IMG/VR virus record: IMGVR_UViG_3300031718_000013
Location: 1 to 56,445 of that record
Source: a virus
Lineage: Duplodnaviria; Caudoviricetes
DNA: 56,445 nt
Strand: one strand, 5' to 3'
Both the position numbers and the translations under genes were made by a program. Below are positions 43,476 to 53,047 of this stretch, piece after piece (within the stretch, counting starts at the first letter, position 1; each line of letters begins with the position of its first letter). The notes below the pieces were generated by a model. The model was not told the origin of the DNA and searched no databases. It saw only the letters and a list, made by a program, of their open reading frames with translations.

Positions 43476-44842
43476 CGACCAGCGACGATATTCTCAAGCG
43501 CATTCCCCCGCAAAGTCTCGAAGCGGAGCAGTCGGTACTCGGTGCCGTGCTGATCGACGAAGCGGCGCTCGATCGCGCTCTGGATATTATCACCGCCGAA
43601 GATTTCTACCGTGAGTCACATCGGGAGATTTTCAAGGCGATGGTCGAACTGGTGGATCGTAAAATCGCGATCGACGCAGTGACACTGACGGACTGGCTTC
43701 GGATGCGTGGCGCGCTCGAGCAGATCGGAGGGCCGGCGTACTTGGCCGAGCTGGCGACCGTCGTTCCGACAACGGCAAACGTCACGTTCTACGCGCGCAT
43801 TGTTCACGACAAAGCGGTGCTTCGAAGCCTCGGATCGGTGGCAACCGACATCGCGAGCTCGTCCTACGAGGCACCGGTCGACGTCGACGGTTTTCTGGAC
43901 GAAGCGGAGCAGCGCATCTTCGAGCTAACGGAGCGTCGGCAAGTGCGCCGTTCGTTTCGGGGGATGGCCGAGGTCATGCGTGGCTCTCTGCAGCGCATCG
44001 AGCAACTAGCCGACCGCAGGGAATTGGTAACGGGCGTGTCGACGGGATTTCTCGATCTCGACCGCATCACGGCAGGACTGCAACCGACGGATTTGATAAT
44101 CATCGCGGCCAGGCCATCGGTGGGTAAGACCGCCCTCGCTCTCAATATCGCGGCGCACGCTGCGATGCAGGAGCCGAAAGAGGTCGTTGCGTTCTTCTCG
44201 CTGGAAATGTCGATCGACTCGCTGGCGATCCGGCTTTTGTGCTCGGAGGCCCGGATCGACGGAGCGCGAGTTCGCAGCGGATTTATAGGCGACAGGGATT
44301 ATCCCAAGCTGGCCCAAGCGGCCGCGGCGCTCAGTGAGTCCGAGCTGTGGATCGACGACGCGAGCGATTCGACGCTCACGCAGATTCGAGCGAAGTGCCG
44401 GCGCCTGAAACGAGACCGCGGGAGGCTGGGGCTGATCGTCGTCGATTATCTGCAACTGATTCGAAGCACCGGGCCGGTGCGCTCGCGCGAACAGGAAATC
44501 GCTGGATTCTCGCGCGGGCTGAAATCACTGGCGAAGGACTTGAAGGTCCCGATCGTTTTGATCTCGCAGTTAAATCGCCAAGTCGAGAGCAGGCAAAACA
44601 AACGGCCGATTTTGGCAGACTTGCGCGAGTCGGGAGCGATCGAACAGGATGCCGACGTGATCGCATTTATCTATCGCGAGGAAATGTACTCGGGCAGAGA
44701 GTGTCACGAGCCTGGGGTCGCCGAGGTCATCGTCGCGAAGCAGCGCAACGGGCCGACGGACGTGGCGAAATTGGCTTATATCAGCAACTATACGCGCTTC
44801 GAGAACTACACACCGGAAGAATTATTTCCGGAAGGGCAATAG
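43472..44842 (+). CDS. dnaB: Replicative DNA helicase
   Basis: PPQSLEAEQSVLG, AARPSVGKT, FSLEM, VDYLQL, SQLNR, DLRESGAIEQDAD, KQRNGP. Confidence 0.97.
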   Translation: MTTSDDILKRIPPQSLEAEQSVLGAVLIDEAALDRALDIITAEDFYRESHREIFKAMVELVDRKIAIDAVTLTDWLRMRGALEQIGGPAYLAELATVVPTTANVTFYARIVHDKAVLRSLGSVATDIASSSYEAPVDVDGFLDEAEQRIFELTERRQVRRSFRGMAEVMRGSLQRIEQLADRRELVTGVSTGFLDLDRITAGLQPTDLIIIAARPSVGKTALALNIAAHAAMQEPKEVVAFFSLEMSIDSLAIRLLCSEARIDGARVRSGFIGDRDYPKLAQAAAALSESELWIDDASDSTLTQIRAKCRRLKRDRGRLGLIVVDYLQLIRSTGPVRSREQEIAGFSRGLKSLAKDLKVPIVLISQLNRQVESRQNKRPILADLRESGAIEQDADVIAFIYREEMYSGRECHEPGVAEVIVAKQRNGPTDVAKLAYISNYTRFENYTPEELFPEGQ

Positions 44843-44844
44843 CG

Positions 44845-45099
44845 ATGGCTCACTCGTATAGACCGTCGAACGGCACCGAAGGGATGTATTTCATGGCGCA
44901 ATTTTGCGACCACTGCACAAAATGTCCGATGGACCCGGACGCAGACGGGCAGTGTGATATTCTCGGGCGCAGCTTCGCCTACCAAGTTGACGAACCCGAA
45001 TATCCGAAGGAGTGGATCGTGGACGACGACGGCCTGAGTAATCCGCGATGTACGGCGTTCGAACCGAGGAACAAATGCTCAAACTCTGCACCGACCTAA
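44845..45099 (+). CDS. Hypothetical Cys-rich protein
   Basis: PSNGTEG..F...FC..C pattern. Confidence 0.7.
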   Translation: MAHSYRPSNGTEGMYFMAQFCDHCTKCPMDPDADGQCDILGRSFAYQVDEPEYPKEWIVDDDGLSNPRCTAFEPRNKCSNSAPT

Positions 45100-45692
45100 C
45101 GCTGCCGGCTGACGCTGCGACCCAAACTTACGGGATTGTCGGGCGCCGAGGCTCGGGCAAAACCTATCTCGCCGGGAAGCTGGTCGAGCTGCTGCTCGAG
45201 GCGCGCAAGCAGGTGGTCGTCGTCGATCCGGTGGGGATCTGGTACGGCCTTCGACTTCTGCCGAACGGTGAGGACTCGGAATTCAAGATTCCGATCCTGG
45301 GTGGCCAGCGCGGAGATATTCCGCTTGAGCCGACGAGCGGGAAGTCGCGCGATGCGTACATCCAGCGCTTACGCGAGAAGGGCTACGTCGATGCGGATGC
45401 TGGCGTAGTCGTGGCCACGGATGCAGGTATCGCAGCGCTACCCGAGATCGAACCGCTACCGACTGGCGAAGCGCTCCAGGACTGGCATCTCTCGCGCCTG
45501 CCGATCGGCGAGAAGGTGATTCTCGAAGAACTGATCCGCGCGTATCCGAAAGCGATCAGCCGAGACGACCTGACTGAGAGCACGGAATACAAGCGGTCAA
45601 GCCGAGACGCATATTTGCAGCGCCTGGCGGCGCGGATGCTGGTCGTTCGAGACCACGGCGGGATCAAGGCCAGCGACGAATTGTTTGAGTGA
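45075..45692 (+). CDS. Internally deleted HerA/DUF87-like ATPase fused to tandem winged-helix repeats
   Basis: GRRGSGKT Walker A and VVVDPVG..YGLR, then directly two SRDAY(I/L)QRL repeats; no Walker B. Confidence 0.7.
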   Translation: MLKLCTDLTLPADAATQTYGIVGRRGSGKTYLAGKLVELLLEARKQVVVVDPVGIWYGLRLLPNGEDSEFKIPILGGQRGDIPLEPTSGKSRDAYIQRLREKGYVDADAGVVVATDAGIAALPEIEPLPTGEALQDWHLSRLPIGEKVILEELIRAYPKAISRDDLTESTEYKRSSRDAYLQRLAARMLVVRDHGGIKASDELFE

Positions 45693-45705
45693 CGGGATTG
45701 GACGC

Positions 45706-45734
45706 TTGACATATCGGGCGCGTTCCGGTACACG
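45706..45734 (+). promoter_or_regulatory. Sigma70-type promoter
   Basis: TTGACA-17 nt-TACACG, just before ATG 45744. Confidence 0.5.
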
Positions 45735-45743
45735 GTATCTTCC

Positions 45744-45926
45744 ATGAACAAACGATCCGAATCTGACGACTCGCAGGCGTTAGCGGAATTGCGTGTACGG
45801 ATTAATCCGGACGTATATCGAGCACTCAAAATCGCAGTAGCAAAGAATCGCGAGGGCCTTTCGATGGGCGATATGGTCGCCGTGGCCCTTTCGTCCTACA
45901 AGCCCGTCGCGCAGGAAATGGAATGA
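45744..45926 (+). CDS. Ribbon-helix-helix (Arc-like) regulator
   Basis: LRVRINPDVYRALKIAVA....SMGDMV..AL. Confidence 0.7.
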   Translation: MNKRSESDDSQALAELRVRINPDVYRALKIAVAKNREGLSMGDMVAVALSSYKPVAQEME

Positions 45927-46117
45927 GGATCGAGCTGATCGAAATCGCCGACAACGGTTACGACCGCGTGGTGCTCTACGCTGACAATCCCTACGACCGC
46001 ATGATGATCGAGCGCTGGAAGTCGGGCACGCACAAAGTCTTCGTCGTGCAGGCCAAGGACGAGGCCGACGGCCGCGATAACACCGCCGTCACGCTGGAGC
46101 GGCAGGACCGAGAATGA
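45923..46117 (+). CDS. Hypothetical protein
   Basis: ATGA overlaps. Confidence 0.6.
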   Translation: MRIELIEIADNGYDRVVLYADNPYDRMMIERWKSGTHKVFVVQAKDEADGRDNTAVTLERQDRE

Positions 46118-46434
46118 AAACCGATCCCATACCGACCGAAGCGGTGGAATCATCAAACATCGCGCAGCTCGGGTACGACTGGCCGAGTGGGACTCTCGCG
46201 GTGGTGTTCAAGAAGCACGAGATGATTTACCACTACCATCCGGTGCCGAAGCCGCTATTCGAGGGGCTGAAAAAGGCGCGGTCGATCGGAGGGTACTTTG
46301 CCGCTCACATCCGCAACAGTCCGAGCATCCGCGGGATTCTTTATTGCGACTGCGGCGCTTTCCTGCTGACGGGTGAGCACCTTGAGGAATGCGTGTCACA
46401 TCGTTTCGAACACGCCGAGGTCGAGAATGGCTAA
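46114..46434 (+). CDS. KTSC-domain protein
   Basis: VESSNIAQLGYD...TLAVVF.....YHY..VP...F..L..A.SIG.YF...IR. Confidence 0.85.
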   Translation: MKTDPIPTEAVESSNIAQLGYDWPSGTLAVVFKKHEMIYHYHPVPKPLFEGLKKARSIGGYFAAHIRNSPSIRGILYCDCGAFLLTGEHLEECVSHRFEHAEVENG

Positions 46435-46630
46435 ACAGTATTTCGTTCAGCAGGACGACGAGGGCTGCAGATCGTGTGGCCACGGTAAAAGCTGGGTTGT
46501 TGTCGATCCAGATGGCGTTGCCGGAAGCACCAGCTATTTTGAGAAAGACGACGCCGAAGAACTATGTGATCTACTCAATCAGGCGATGGAATTCGGACGT
46601 GGAGACAGAGATGCCGGAAGCACAGACTGA
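46427..46630 (+). CDS. Hypothetical protein
   Basis: ORF track; CxxC. Confidence 0.55.
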   Translation: MAKQYFVQQDDEGCRSCGHGKSWVVVDPDGVAGSTSYFEKDDAEELCDLLNQAMEFGRGDRDAGSTD

Positions 46631-47897
46631 ATCGAAGGGAGCGCTCACACCGCGCGGGCAATTCCTGACGACGCTGAATCAGAAGTTGAGTGAGCTGGAA
46701 CCGAAGTTGGCTCTATTGCTCCCGCGATACCTACCTGCGAAGCGTTTTTTCACAATTTGCTACGACTCCGTGACGCGCACGCCCGCCCTCCAGGAATGCA
46801 CGATCCCGTCGATCCTGAAATGCGTCGTCGAAGCGGCTGAGATTGGGCTTGAGGTCGGCGGTCCGAAAAAGCACGCCTATCTGGTGCCGTTTCGAAACAA
46901 TAAGACTGGCAAGCGAGAGGCGCAACTGATCATCGGCTACATCGGCCTCGCGCATCTCGCCTACGATGCTGGTGGCGTCGGTAATATCCAGGCGCACGTT
47001 GTTCGAGCTCGCGATCATTTCCGGTACGAGGAATCGCCGCTGGTGCTCGAGCACGTTCCCTTCGACGAACCGTGCCCGACGTGCGGCGGGATGGGCGAGG
47101 TCAAGGTAAAGGCCGAAGGCAATTCAGCGCTCAAGACCTGTGACGCTTGCGAAGGGACCGCACGACAGCCGCGAGGGCGGGCGATCAAATACTACACGGT
47201 CGCTACTCTATCGGACGGCGGCCAGAGCTTCGAGGTTATGGACCGCGCGGACGTTGAGCGGATCCGGATGCGGTCGAAGGCGAAGGACTCAGGGCCGTGG
47301 GTGACGGACTTTGACGAGATGGCGAAGAAGACGGTTTTCAAGCGCCACGAAAAATGGCTCCCGAAAACTGATGGCGAAGGGGCTGCTCGACTTGCGCGCG
47401 CGATCGAACTGGATAACCAGACGGTCGGACTCGAGGAAGCCGCCAATGCGGCCGCCGTTGAGACTACCGCTCGCCCGATGCCTCACGAGATCCTTGACGA
47501 AGATGACAATCGACAGGCTGACGTGTCGAAAGGCAAAGATGTTTCCTCCCCCGAAACAGCGCAGGCGCCGGCGGACTCGAAGGCAAATGCCGTCGGCTCT
47601 TCCCCATCCCCGGCGTCTGCGCCCCCATCTCGCGAGCCTGGCGACGAAGGCCCAGAAGACGAATTCCAGACCGCCGAAGAGAAGAAAGCGATGGACGTGA
47701 ACGCCGAGGTCATCAATCCTCAGAGGCTGGGGCTGCTGACGCAAACGGCGGCATCCGCTGGACTGGATGACATTGGCATTTCGGAACTGCTGAAAGAGTT
47801 CGGCGTGGGCGACTTGGCGCATGTGACGAACGGAATGTTCTCGGGCGTTCTCGGCAAGCTGGCGAAGCTGCCGCCGGCATCGAAGAGGAAGAAGTGA
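46611..47897 (+). CDS. recT: RecT-family annealase with inserted DnaJ-type zinc finger
   Basis: AYLVPF, AQLIIGYIGL, SGPWVTDFDEMAKKTV; insert CPTCGGMG...CDACEGT. Confidence 0.9.
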   Translation: MPEAQTESKGALTPRGQFLTTLNQKLSELEPKLALLLPRYLPAKRFFTICYDSVTRTPALQECTIPSILKCVVEAAEIGLEVGGPKKHAYLVPFRNNKTGKREAQLIIGYIGLAHLAYDAGGVGNIQAHVVRARDHFRYEESPLVLEHVPFDEPCPTCGGMGEVKVKAEGNSALKTCDACEGTARQPRGRAIKYYTVATLSDGGQSFEVMDRADVERIRMRSKAKDSGPWVTDFDEMAKKTVFKRHEKWLPKTDGEGAARLARAIELDNQTVGLEEAANAAAVETTARPMPHEILDEDDNRQADVSKGKDVSSPETAQAPADSKANAVGSSPSPASAPPSREPGDEGPEDEFQTAEEKKAMDVNAEVINPQRLGLLTQTAASAGLDDIGISELLKEFGVGDLAHVTNGMFSGVLGKLAKLPPASKRKK

Positions 47898-48211
47898 AAA
47901 AGGTATCTTGCCCGTCCTGTAATGCCGATTCGGGGGATAATTTCATTACGATGCACTCAGGCGTCAATCACGAGCGCCAAGGCTTTGTGCATCTCGCTTG
48001 GGGGCGCGAATCGGAACTTCGAGCGCAATTTACGCCAGCGGAAGCCCGTCAACACGCGCTGAGTCTTCTGGAATGCGCCGAAGCTGCGGAGACTGATTCG
48101 CTATTGCTCCGACTGCTTGAGGAAAAGGTCGGAGTCGGGCTTGAGCGAGCATTCGCAGTGATCGCAGATTTGCGGAACATGCGAGACGAAAAGCGCAAGG
48201 CCGATGGCTAA
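47894..48211 (+). CDS. Hypothetical protein
   Basis: EARQHAL.LLECAEAAETD pattern. Confidence 0.7.
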   Translation: MKKVSCPSCNADSGDNFITMHSGVNHERQGFVHLAWGRESELRAQFTPAEARQHALSLLECAEAAETDSLLLRLLEEKVGVGLERAFAVIADLRNMRDEKRKADG

Positions 48212-48974
48212 CGCCGCACAAACCGCCCGCGCCGCTCGAATCGACTTCGATCCGGAGAGCCACATCTACCGAGTGTGGGGACTCATCAAGCCGTCGGTGA
48301 CGCAGGTACTCGGCGCGATCGGCGCGCGTGTGACGACTGACGAAGGCTCCTTCTTCCGGACGTTCTTCGACTACTCGTTTCTGCCTGATTACTCTGCGGA
48401 CGTAGCGAAGACTCGGGGCCGCTGGGTGGCGGACCTGATCGCGTACCGGTTGAAGCAAGCAGATAAACCGATGCGAGTCTGGTCCTTGTCGGAAAGGCAA
48501 CTCGAAAAGCTGGCCACGTCCGAATCCTATCCCGGCATCCTCGGCGCCGCATGGCTTCCTTACTACGACTGTTTTGAACGCTGGTACTGTGGCCGGCGCG
48601 ACCTAAAAACGATCTTCGTCGAGAAGCCGCTATACGATCCCGGGATGGACTGCTGCGGGAGTCCCGATTGGTTTGGGACGATGGACGGGAAGTACACGAT
48701 CATCGACTGGAAGACGGGGATCGCGAGTCCGGACACGAGGTATCAGACGGCGGCGTATGAGATGCTGGTCAGCAACGAATGGGCGTGGCTGCTACCTAAC
48801 GGCAGTCGAGATTGGGAAAAACCACCATTCATCCATCGTGCGGCGCTCGAGCTTCACAACGACGGCACCGACGCCAAGCTCATCATGTACCCTGTCGCGG
48901 ATGCGGCGAACGACCGCGGCGTGTTCCTGGCGGCGCGGAGAGTTTATCAGGTGCAGGTCGAGGGGCTGCGATGA
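48204..48974 (+). CDS. PD-(D/E)XK exonuclease (probable RecT partner)
   Basis: FDPESH.Y, PSVTQVL, VEKPL, G.PD, IIDWKT, Q.AAY. Confidence 0.85.
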   Translation: MANAAQTARAARIDFDPESHIYRVWGLIKPSVTQVLGAIGARVTTDEGSFFRTFFDYSFLPDYSADVAKTRGRWVADLIAYRLKQADKPMRVWSLSERQLEKLATSESYPGILGAAWLPYYDCFERWYCGRRDLKTIFVEKPLYDPGMDCCGSPDWFGTMDGKYTIIDWKTGIASPDTRYQTAAYEMLVSNEWAWLLPNGSRDWEKPPFIHRAALELHNDGTDAKLIMYPVADAANDRGVFLAARRVYQVQVEGLR

Positions 48975-49258
48975 GTTTGTTTTGGCTCTCATTTGCCGAT
49001 GATTGCGGGTTTCGCGGCGGTCTACTTACCGAGGGTTCGGTCTCCGATATTGAGGCGATGATTCGTGAAACCCATCGGCGAGGAGTCAATCCAGGCGGAC
49101 AAATAAAGATCGTCGAAGTTGGCACCAAGGGACCGTTTGAATTGTGGCGTCTCTATTCGGCCGCCGACATTGACCGACTTGACAAAGGACTGCCGTGGCG
49201 CGGTGGCCCCGGCGTGATCGTCTGCGAGACTTGCGGGCGAGAGTGTCGAGGGCACTGA
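48971..49258 (+). CDS. Hypothetical protein
   Basis: FWLSFAD...FRG...GVNPGGQ pattern. Confidence 0.65.
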   Translation: MSLFWLSFADDCGFRGGLLTEGSVSDIEAMIRETHRRGVNPGGQIKIVEVGTKGPFELWRLYSAADIDRLDKGLPWRGGPGVIVCETCGRECRGH

Positions 49259-49315
49259 AATGACCCCATTCCTTAGCCTACGGTCGAGTGACGGACACTT
49301 TCGGGGCCGATCCCA

Positions 49316-49582
49316 ATGAGTACCCTGCCCAAAGCTCGCAAATCGCGCTACGAACGTCCTAGCGGGTTTCCGCCTCTCAAAAAGGGGACGTTTCAGCGTC
49401 CGCATACGCTCCATTGGGAAGGCAAACCGCTGGCCCTTGAAATCTGGTTCGCGCCTAATCACGGCTTCTGGATCGTCTGCAAATCGCGAAATATCACCGT
49501 TCACGCGGGCGATTATGACAGCACTTGGCTGGCATTTACGCGCGCGCTGGACCCAGAGATCGAGGAACTTCGACGAGCATGA
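49316..49582 (+). CDS. Hypothetical protein
   Basis: ORF track. Confidence 0.55.
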   Translation: MSTLPKARKSRYERPSGFPPLKKGTFQRPHTLHWEGKPLALEIWFAPNHGFWIVCKSRNITVHAGDYDSTWLAFTRALDPEIEELRRA

Positions 49583-49956
49583 ACAGCAATTTGATCGATC
49601 TCGAAGGCCGGCGTGAGCGAGAGATAGTGCGTGCCGAATGGTTCAATCAGGCAAGATGGCCGGCGCGATGGCGGCGGGAGCGACGGCGGCGCCGATTGCG
49701 AGCAGTCATGTACGCCGTTTTCGTCGTGCTCGTAGCCCTAGCTATCACCTTCGCGCTGGTCGCGCTCTATTCCTGCAAAGGAATCGGCGGGACCGCTTCG
49801 AACTATCAGACGCCCGCGCCTTCCCCGACGCTTCCCCCAAGCAACGACCTCGAGCGCTACTCGGAGCAGTGCAAGCAGCAGTGTGACGCTCTCGGACGGG
49901 CGATGCAGATGTTCGTCGTCACGGACGGGAAGATGACGAAGTGCCAGTGTGAATAA
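49579..49956 (+). CDS. Membrane-anchored protein
   Basis: Arg patch followed by a TM segment and Cys. Confidence 0.6.
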   Translation: MNSNLIDLEGRREREIVRAEWFNQARWPARWRRERRRRRLRAVMYAVFVVLVALAITFALVALYSCKGIGGTASNYQTPAPSPTLPPSNDLERYSEQCKQQCDALGRAMQMFVVTDGKMTKCQCE

Positions 49957-50320
49957 GCGCCAGTCCCAGGATGACCGCTTCGCCGACGACATGAGCCGGC
50001 GAGCGGAACTGATCGACGATCTCGTCAACGGAATGCCGGGACAGCCGCCGCCTCCTGAGAATATACCGGAGCGCTCCATCCTCGAAGAAGTCACCCGACT
50101 CTGCCAGGAGTGGGCGGCAGCGGATCCGTCAACTGAAAAAGGGCAGCAAGTATTCGGCACCTGGGCGCAAATCTGGGCCATCAACGGGCCCGGCGTGTTC
50201 TCGATCAACCTGAATACCGGCACGGTCTGGTGGGTGCGAAGGAATCCGCCACAGAAGCCGGTGGGGAAGGTCGCGGAGATGACCGGCGAGCAGATCGTCG
50301 AATTGTTGAAGGAGAGGTAA
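49949..50320 (+). CDS. Hypothetical protein
   Basis: ORF track. Confidence 0.65.
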   Translation: MNKRQSQDDRFADDMSRRAELIDDLVNGMPGQPPPPENIPERSILEEVTRLCQEWAAADPSTEKGQQVFGTWAQIWAINGPGVFSINLNTGTVWWVRRNPPQKPVGKVAEMTGEQIVELLKER

Positions 50321-50324
50321 TCCA

Positions 50325-50669
50325 ATGTTCCAACCGAGCAAAGAACTGACCGTCACCGAAGGCGCGCATCCGTGTCTCAGCAAGTGGCGCAAGCGAATCG
50401 ACGAGGCTGAGCGGCGAGGTCGCTTCAATTGGGACGACCACTCAGCCGCGTGCAACTGGAATCTCTGCGCTACTGGCGAAGGAACGCAGATGTTTCCCCG
50501 CATTCCTACGCGCTTGGCGGTCTCCGGTGAGACGTACCCAATCGATGATGAACTCTACGACCTCGGCGCACGCTTCCCATCCGCTGTGCGACCAGACGAA
50601 AAGACGTTCGCCCTCGCTCGTAGCTACATCACGCGCATCGAAAACCGTCTCGCTGAGTTGAGCCGATGA
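50325..50669 (+). CDS. Hypothetical protein starting MFQPSKELTVT
   Basis: AAGGAGAGG RBS; W..CA.GE...D..L..LG..F pattern. Confidence 0.7.
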   Translation: MFQPSKELTVTEGAHPCLSKWRKRIDEAERRGRFNWDDHSAACNWNLCATGEGTQMFPRIPTRLAVSGETYPIDDELYDLGARFPSAVRPDEKTFALARSYITRIENRLAELSR

Positions 50670-51370
50670 CCGAGATCGGCCAAGCCGTCCTAAGCCTGCC
50701 CGACGCCGACCGCGCTACCGTCCTCGACTGGCTCTCCCAGGCCCGCGTCGACGACGCCGAATCCGCCAATCTGCTTTCAGCCTGGAAGAACGAGCTCGCC
50801 CAATTCGTAGAGACTGACGAGACGTTCACGGTGCGCGAGTCCAAGATCGCCGATGCGCACGCCCGGCATAGCGAGCTATGCGCCGAACGGAACCGAGCGG
50901 TTCGGCCGTTCAAGAATTTCATCGACTCGATCGGATCGAAGCTCAAGGCGTGGCTCCGAGAGCAGGAGCGATTGGTAGCCGCGGAGAAGGCCCGGATCGA
51001 GTCTGAGAACCGCAAGAGGGAAGAGGCCCGACGTGATGCCGAAGCGCAAGCAGCGATCGACCAAGGCGCAACCGAGGCGGAAGTCGACGCGATCGTCGAG
51101 CAACCGATGGTCGTGGCAGCGGCGCCGCTACCGAAACCGAAGATCGAAGGATTTCGCACGCCACCGAAGCGATTCAAGGCCGAGGTCATTCCTGTGACCG
51201 GCAAGATGAAACTGATCAAGGCGGTCGCGTGCGTGTGCGGGAAGTGCAAGTGTCAGGGGAATCCGGCACTGCTGGGGCTGCTGGAGCCGAATATACCAAG
51301 TCTTAATCAGATGGCGAATGCCCAAAAAGAACACCTGAATCTACCAGGCGTCAAGGCGGTGCCAGCGTGA
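50666..51370 (+). CDS. Coiled-coil phage protein
   Basis: Charged helical repeat; L...A......NLPGVKA end. Confidence 0.7.
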   Translation: MTEIGQAVLSLPDADRATVLDWLSQARVDDAESANLLSAWKNELAQFVETDETFTVRESKIADAHARHSELCAERNRAVRPFKNFIDSIGSKLKAWLREQERLVAAEKARIESENRKREEARRDAEAQAAIDQGATEAEVDAIVEQPMVVAAAPLPKPKIEGFRTPPKRFKAEVIPVTGKMKLIKAVACVCGKCKCQGNPALLGLLEPNIPSLNQMANAQKEHLNLPGVKAVPA

Positions 51371-51570
51371 AAGATATCGCGAGCGATCCTGAGACTCAGG
51401 CGGCGTTTGTTCACGGAATGATGTTCGCGACTACATTGGCCGAGGCGGGGCTGAACGTCGGGGCCATCGGCGAGCATCTGTGCAAGGTCTGGAACATCGG
51501 CGACCCGACAAAGACCGCAAAGGAATACGGCGAGAAGATCGAAGCAATCTTGCTTGCGAGACCGATATGA
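51367..51570 (+). CDS. Hypothetical protein
   Basis: GTGA and ATGA overlaps. Confidence 0.6.
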   Translation: MKDIASDPETQAAFVHGMMFATTLAEAGLNVGAIGEHLCKVWNIGDPTKTAKEYGEKIEAILLARPI

Positions 51571-51680
51571 ACCGTCTAACCCTCGCGCTATTCCAAGCCG
51601 CCGCTCGTCGATACGGCGTGACGCTGGAGCGCTTCCTACTCGACCTTGTGGCCGCTCAGAAAGGATGGAGAATGCGATGA
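51567..51680 (+). CDS. Small hypothetical protein
   Basis: ATGA overlaps on both sides. Confidence 0.5.
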   Translation: MNRLTLALFQAAARRYGVTLERFLLDLVAAQKGWRMR

Positions 51681-51877
51681 CCGTCTATTTGCCGTTCATT
51701 GTCTCGGCCTTATTTGCGATAGCTAGTGATGTAGGCGGTGCCAATTCCGATCAGACCGCAGGATTCTTCGCGTGGCTTTTTCTCTTTGTCGGAACCATCC
51801 GATTGATCGTCCGAGTCGCGCCAAAATTCGTTCGTTGGATGGACGGATTGGAAGATTATATCAGGGGAAGGAATTGA
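51677..51877 (+). CDS. Small two-TM membrane protein
   Basis: GGAG RBS; hydrophobic. Confidence 0.6.
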   Translation: MTVYLPFIVSALFAIASDVGGANSDQTAGFFAWLFLFVGTIRLIVRVAPKFVRWMDGLEDYIRGRN

Positions 51878-51891
51878 CCACTTGGGGCAAG

Positions 51892-52266
51892 ATGAATTCT
51901 AACAAAAGCCGTGGCTCAGCCTTCGAGCGTGCGGTCCTAAAGCATCTCCAAGCCCGAGGCTACTACGCCATCCGCTCCGCCGGCTCGCATCAGATCGTCG
52001 ATATTCTCGCGGTGAGGGGTTTTCGCCCGACCTGGCCGCACGAGACGACAATTCTCTTTATCCAGTGCAAACGCTCGGGCGACATTCCACCGAAAGAATG
52101 GAACGACCTGTTCAGCACGGCGACCCGCTACCGGGCGAAACCACTCATGGCCGAAACCGGCGACCGCGGCAAAGGCCCGAAGTTCTGGGAGATCCTAACC
52201 CCGAAGTTGCCATCGACAGTTCACAAAGGTAGATATACCGGTGACGCAGACCTGTACGTTCCATGA
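51892..52266 (+). CDS. Hjc-like Holliday junction resolvase
   Basis: RGSAFER...L...GY..IRSAGS...VDILA....FIQCK. Confidence 0.85.
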   Translation: MNSNKSRGSAFERAVLKHLQARGYYAIRSAGSHQIVDILAVRGFRPTWPHETTILFIQCKRSGDIPPKEWNDLFSTATRYRAKPLMAETGDRGKGPKFWEILTPKLPSTVHKGRYTGDADLYVP

Positions 52267-52269
52267 GCG

Positions 52270-52497
52270 ATGGCGAAAAATAGGTACATTCGAGAACTTG
52301 AAAGAGCCAATCGGGATGCGGCGCGAGCGGCTTATTGGGATGCCGTCCGACAGCGCAATCTATTCCGCCACGTCATCAAAAGTATCACGCTAGAAGCTAA
52401 GTATCAGATTTGGCGTTGCTGGACAGGGCGAGCACCCAATAGGCGCAAGAAATTCTGGCGGCAGACACAGGGCGGAACGCGTGTGAAATTCTCGTGA
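52270..52497 (+). CDS. Basic hypothetical protein
   Basis: ORF track. Confidence 0.5.
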   Translation: MAKNRYIRELERANRDAARAAYWDAVRQRNLFRHVIKSITLEAKYQIWRCWTGRAPNRRKKFWRQTQGGTRVKFS

Positions 52498-52931
52498 GCG
52501 ACCTTAACGACTATAGCCCGCACCGGATCGACGCCTTCCCCAGCGTTCCTGACACGATCCTAACTCGCGAGCAGTGGATCGAAATCCACCGCAAGAACAT
52601 CCGCACCCCCGAGCGCCGATTGTTCTACGCCATTCTCGAGGCCGCGCTGCAGACGCTGGCCCGAGGTCGAGAGGATCGCCAGCTCGACGTTCTAACCTGG
52701 ATCGATGGCGGCATGGCGACCGTGACGTTCGAGCGCGTCTGCGAAGTCCTAGATATTGAGCCGTCGTCACTTCGAACGGCGATCCACCGCAAGCGCGACG
52801 AGAACGACGGCCATCTAACCGGAGTCCCGAGGCGCCCGCCAGCTCACAACGGGATCGGCGAGATCGCGCTTCCACCGCCGCGGCAGAGTCGAGCTGGCCG
52901 GCGTGGAGGGCGGATTACAATTTTCGCGTGA
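52494..52931 (+). CDS. Hypothetical protein, possible transcription regulator
   Basis: PERRLF.AILE.A...W......TF..VCE.L.IEP..LR pattern. Confidence 0.7.
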   Translation: MSDLNDYSPHRIDAFPSVPDTILTREQWIEIHRKNIRTPERRLFYAILEAALQTLARGREDRQLDVLTWIDGGMATVTFERVCEVLDIEPSSLRTAIHRKRDENDGHLTGVPRRPPAHNGIGEIALPPPRQSRAGRRGGRITIFA

Positions 52932-53047
52932 TGCGATGCGTCGTCGAAGCTGCGCGCATTGCGGCAAGCGGAGCCTGTTAGTCGAGGTCCGGACGCCTGC
53001 AGGCGTGCGCGTGTTGTGTTGGCGCTGCCGGCAGACCCGATTGATTC

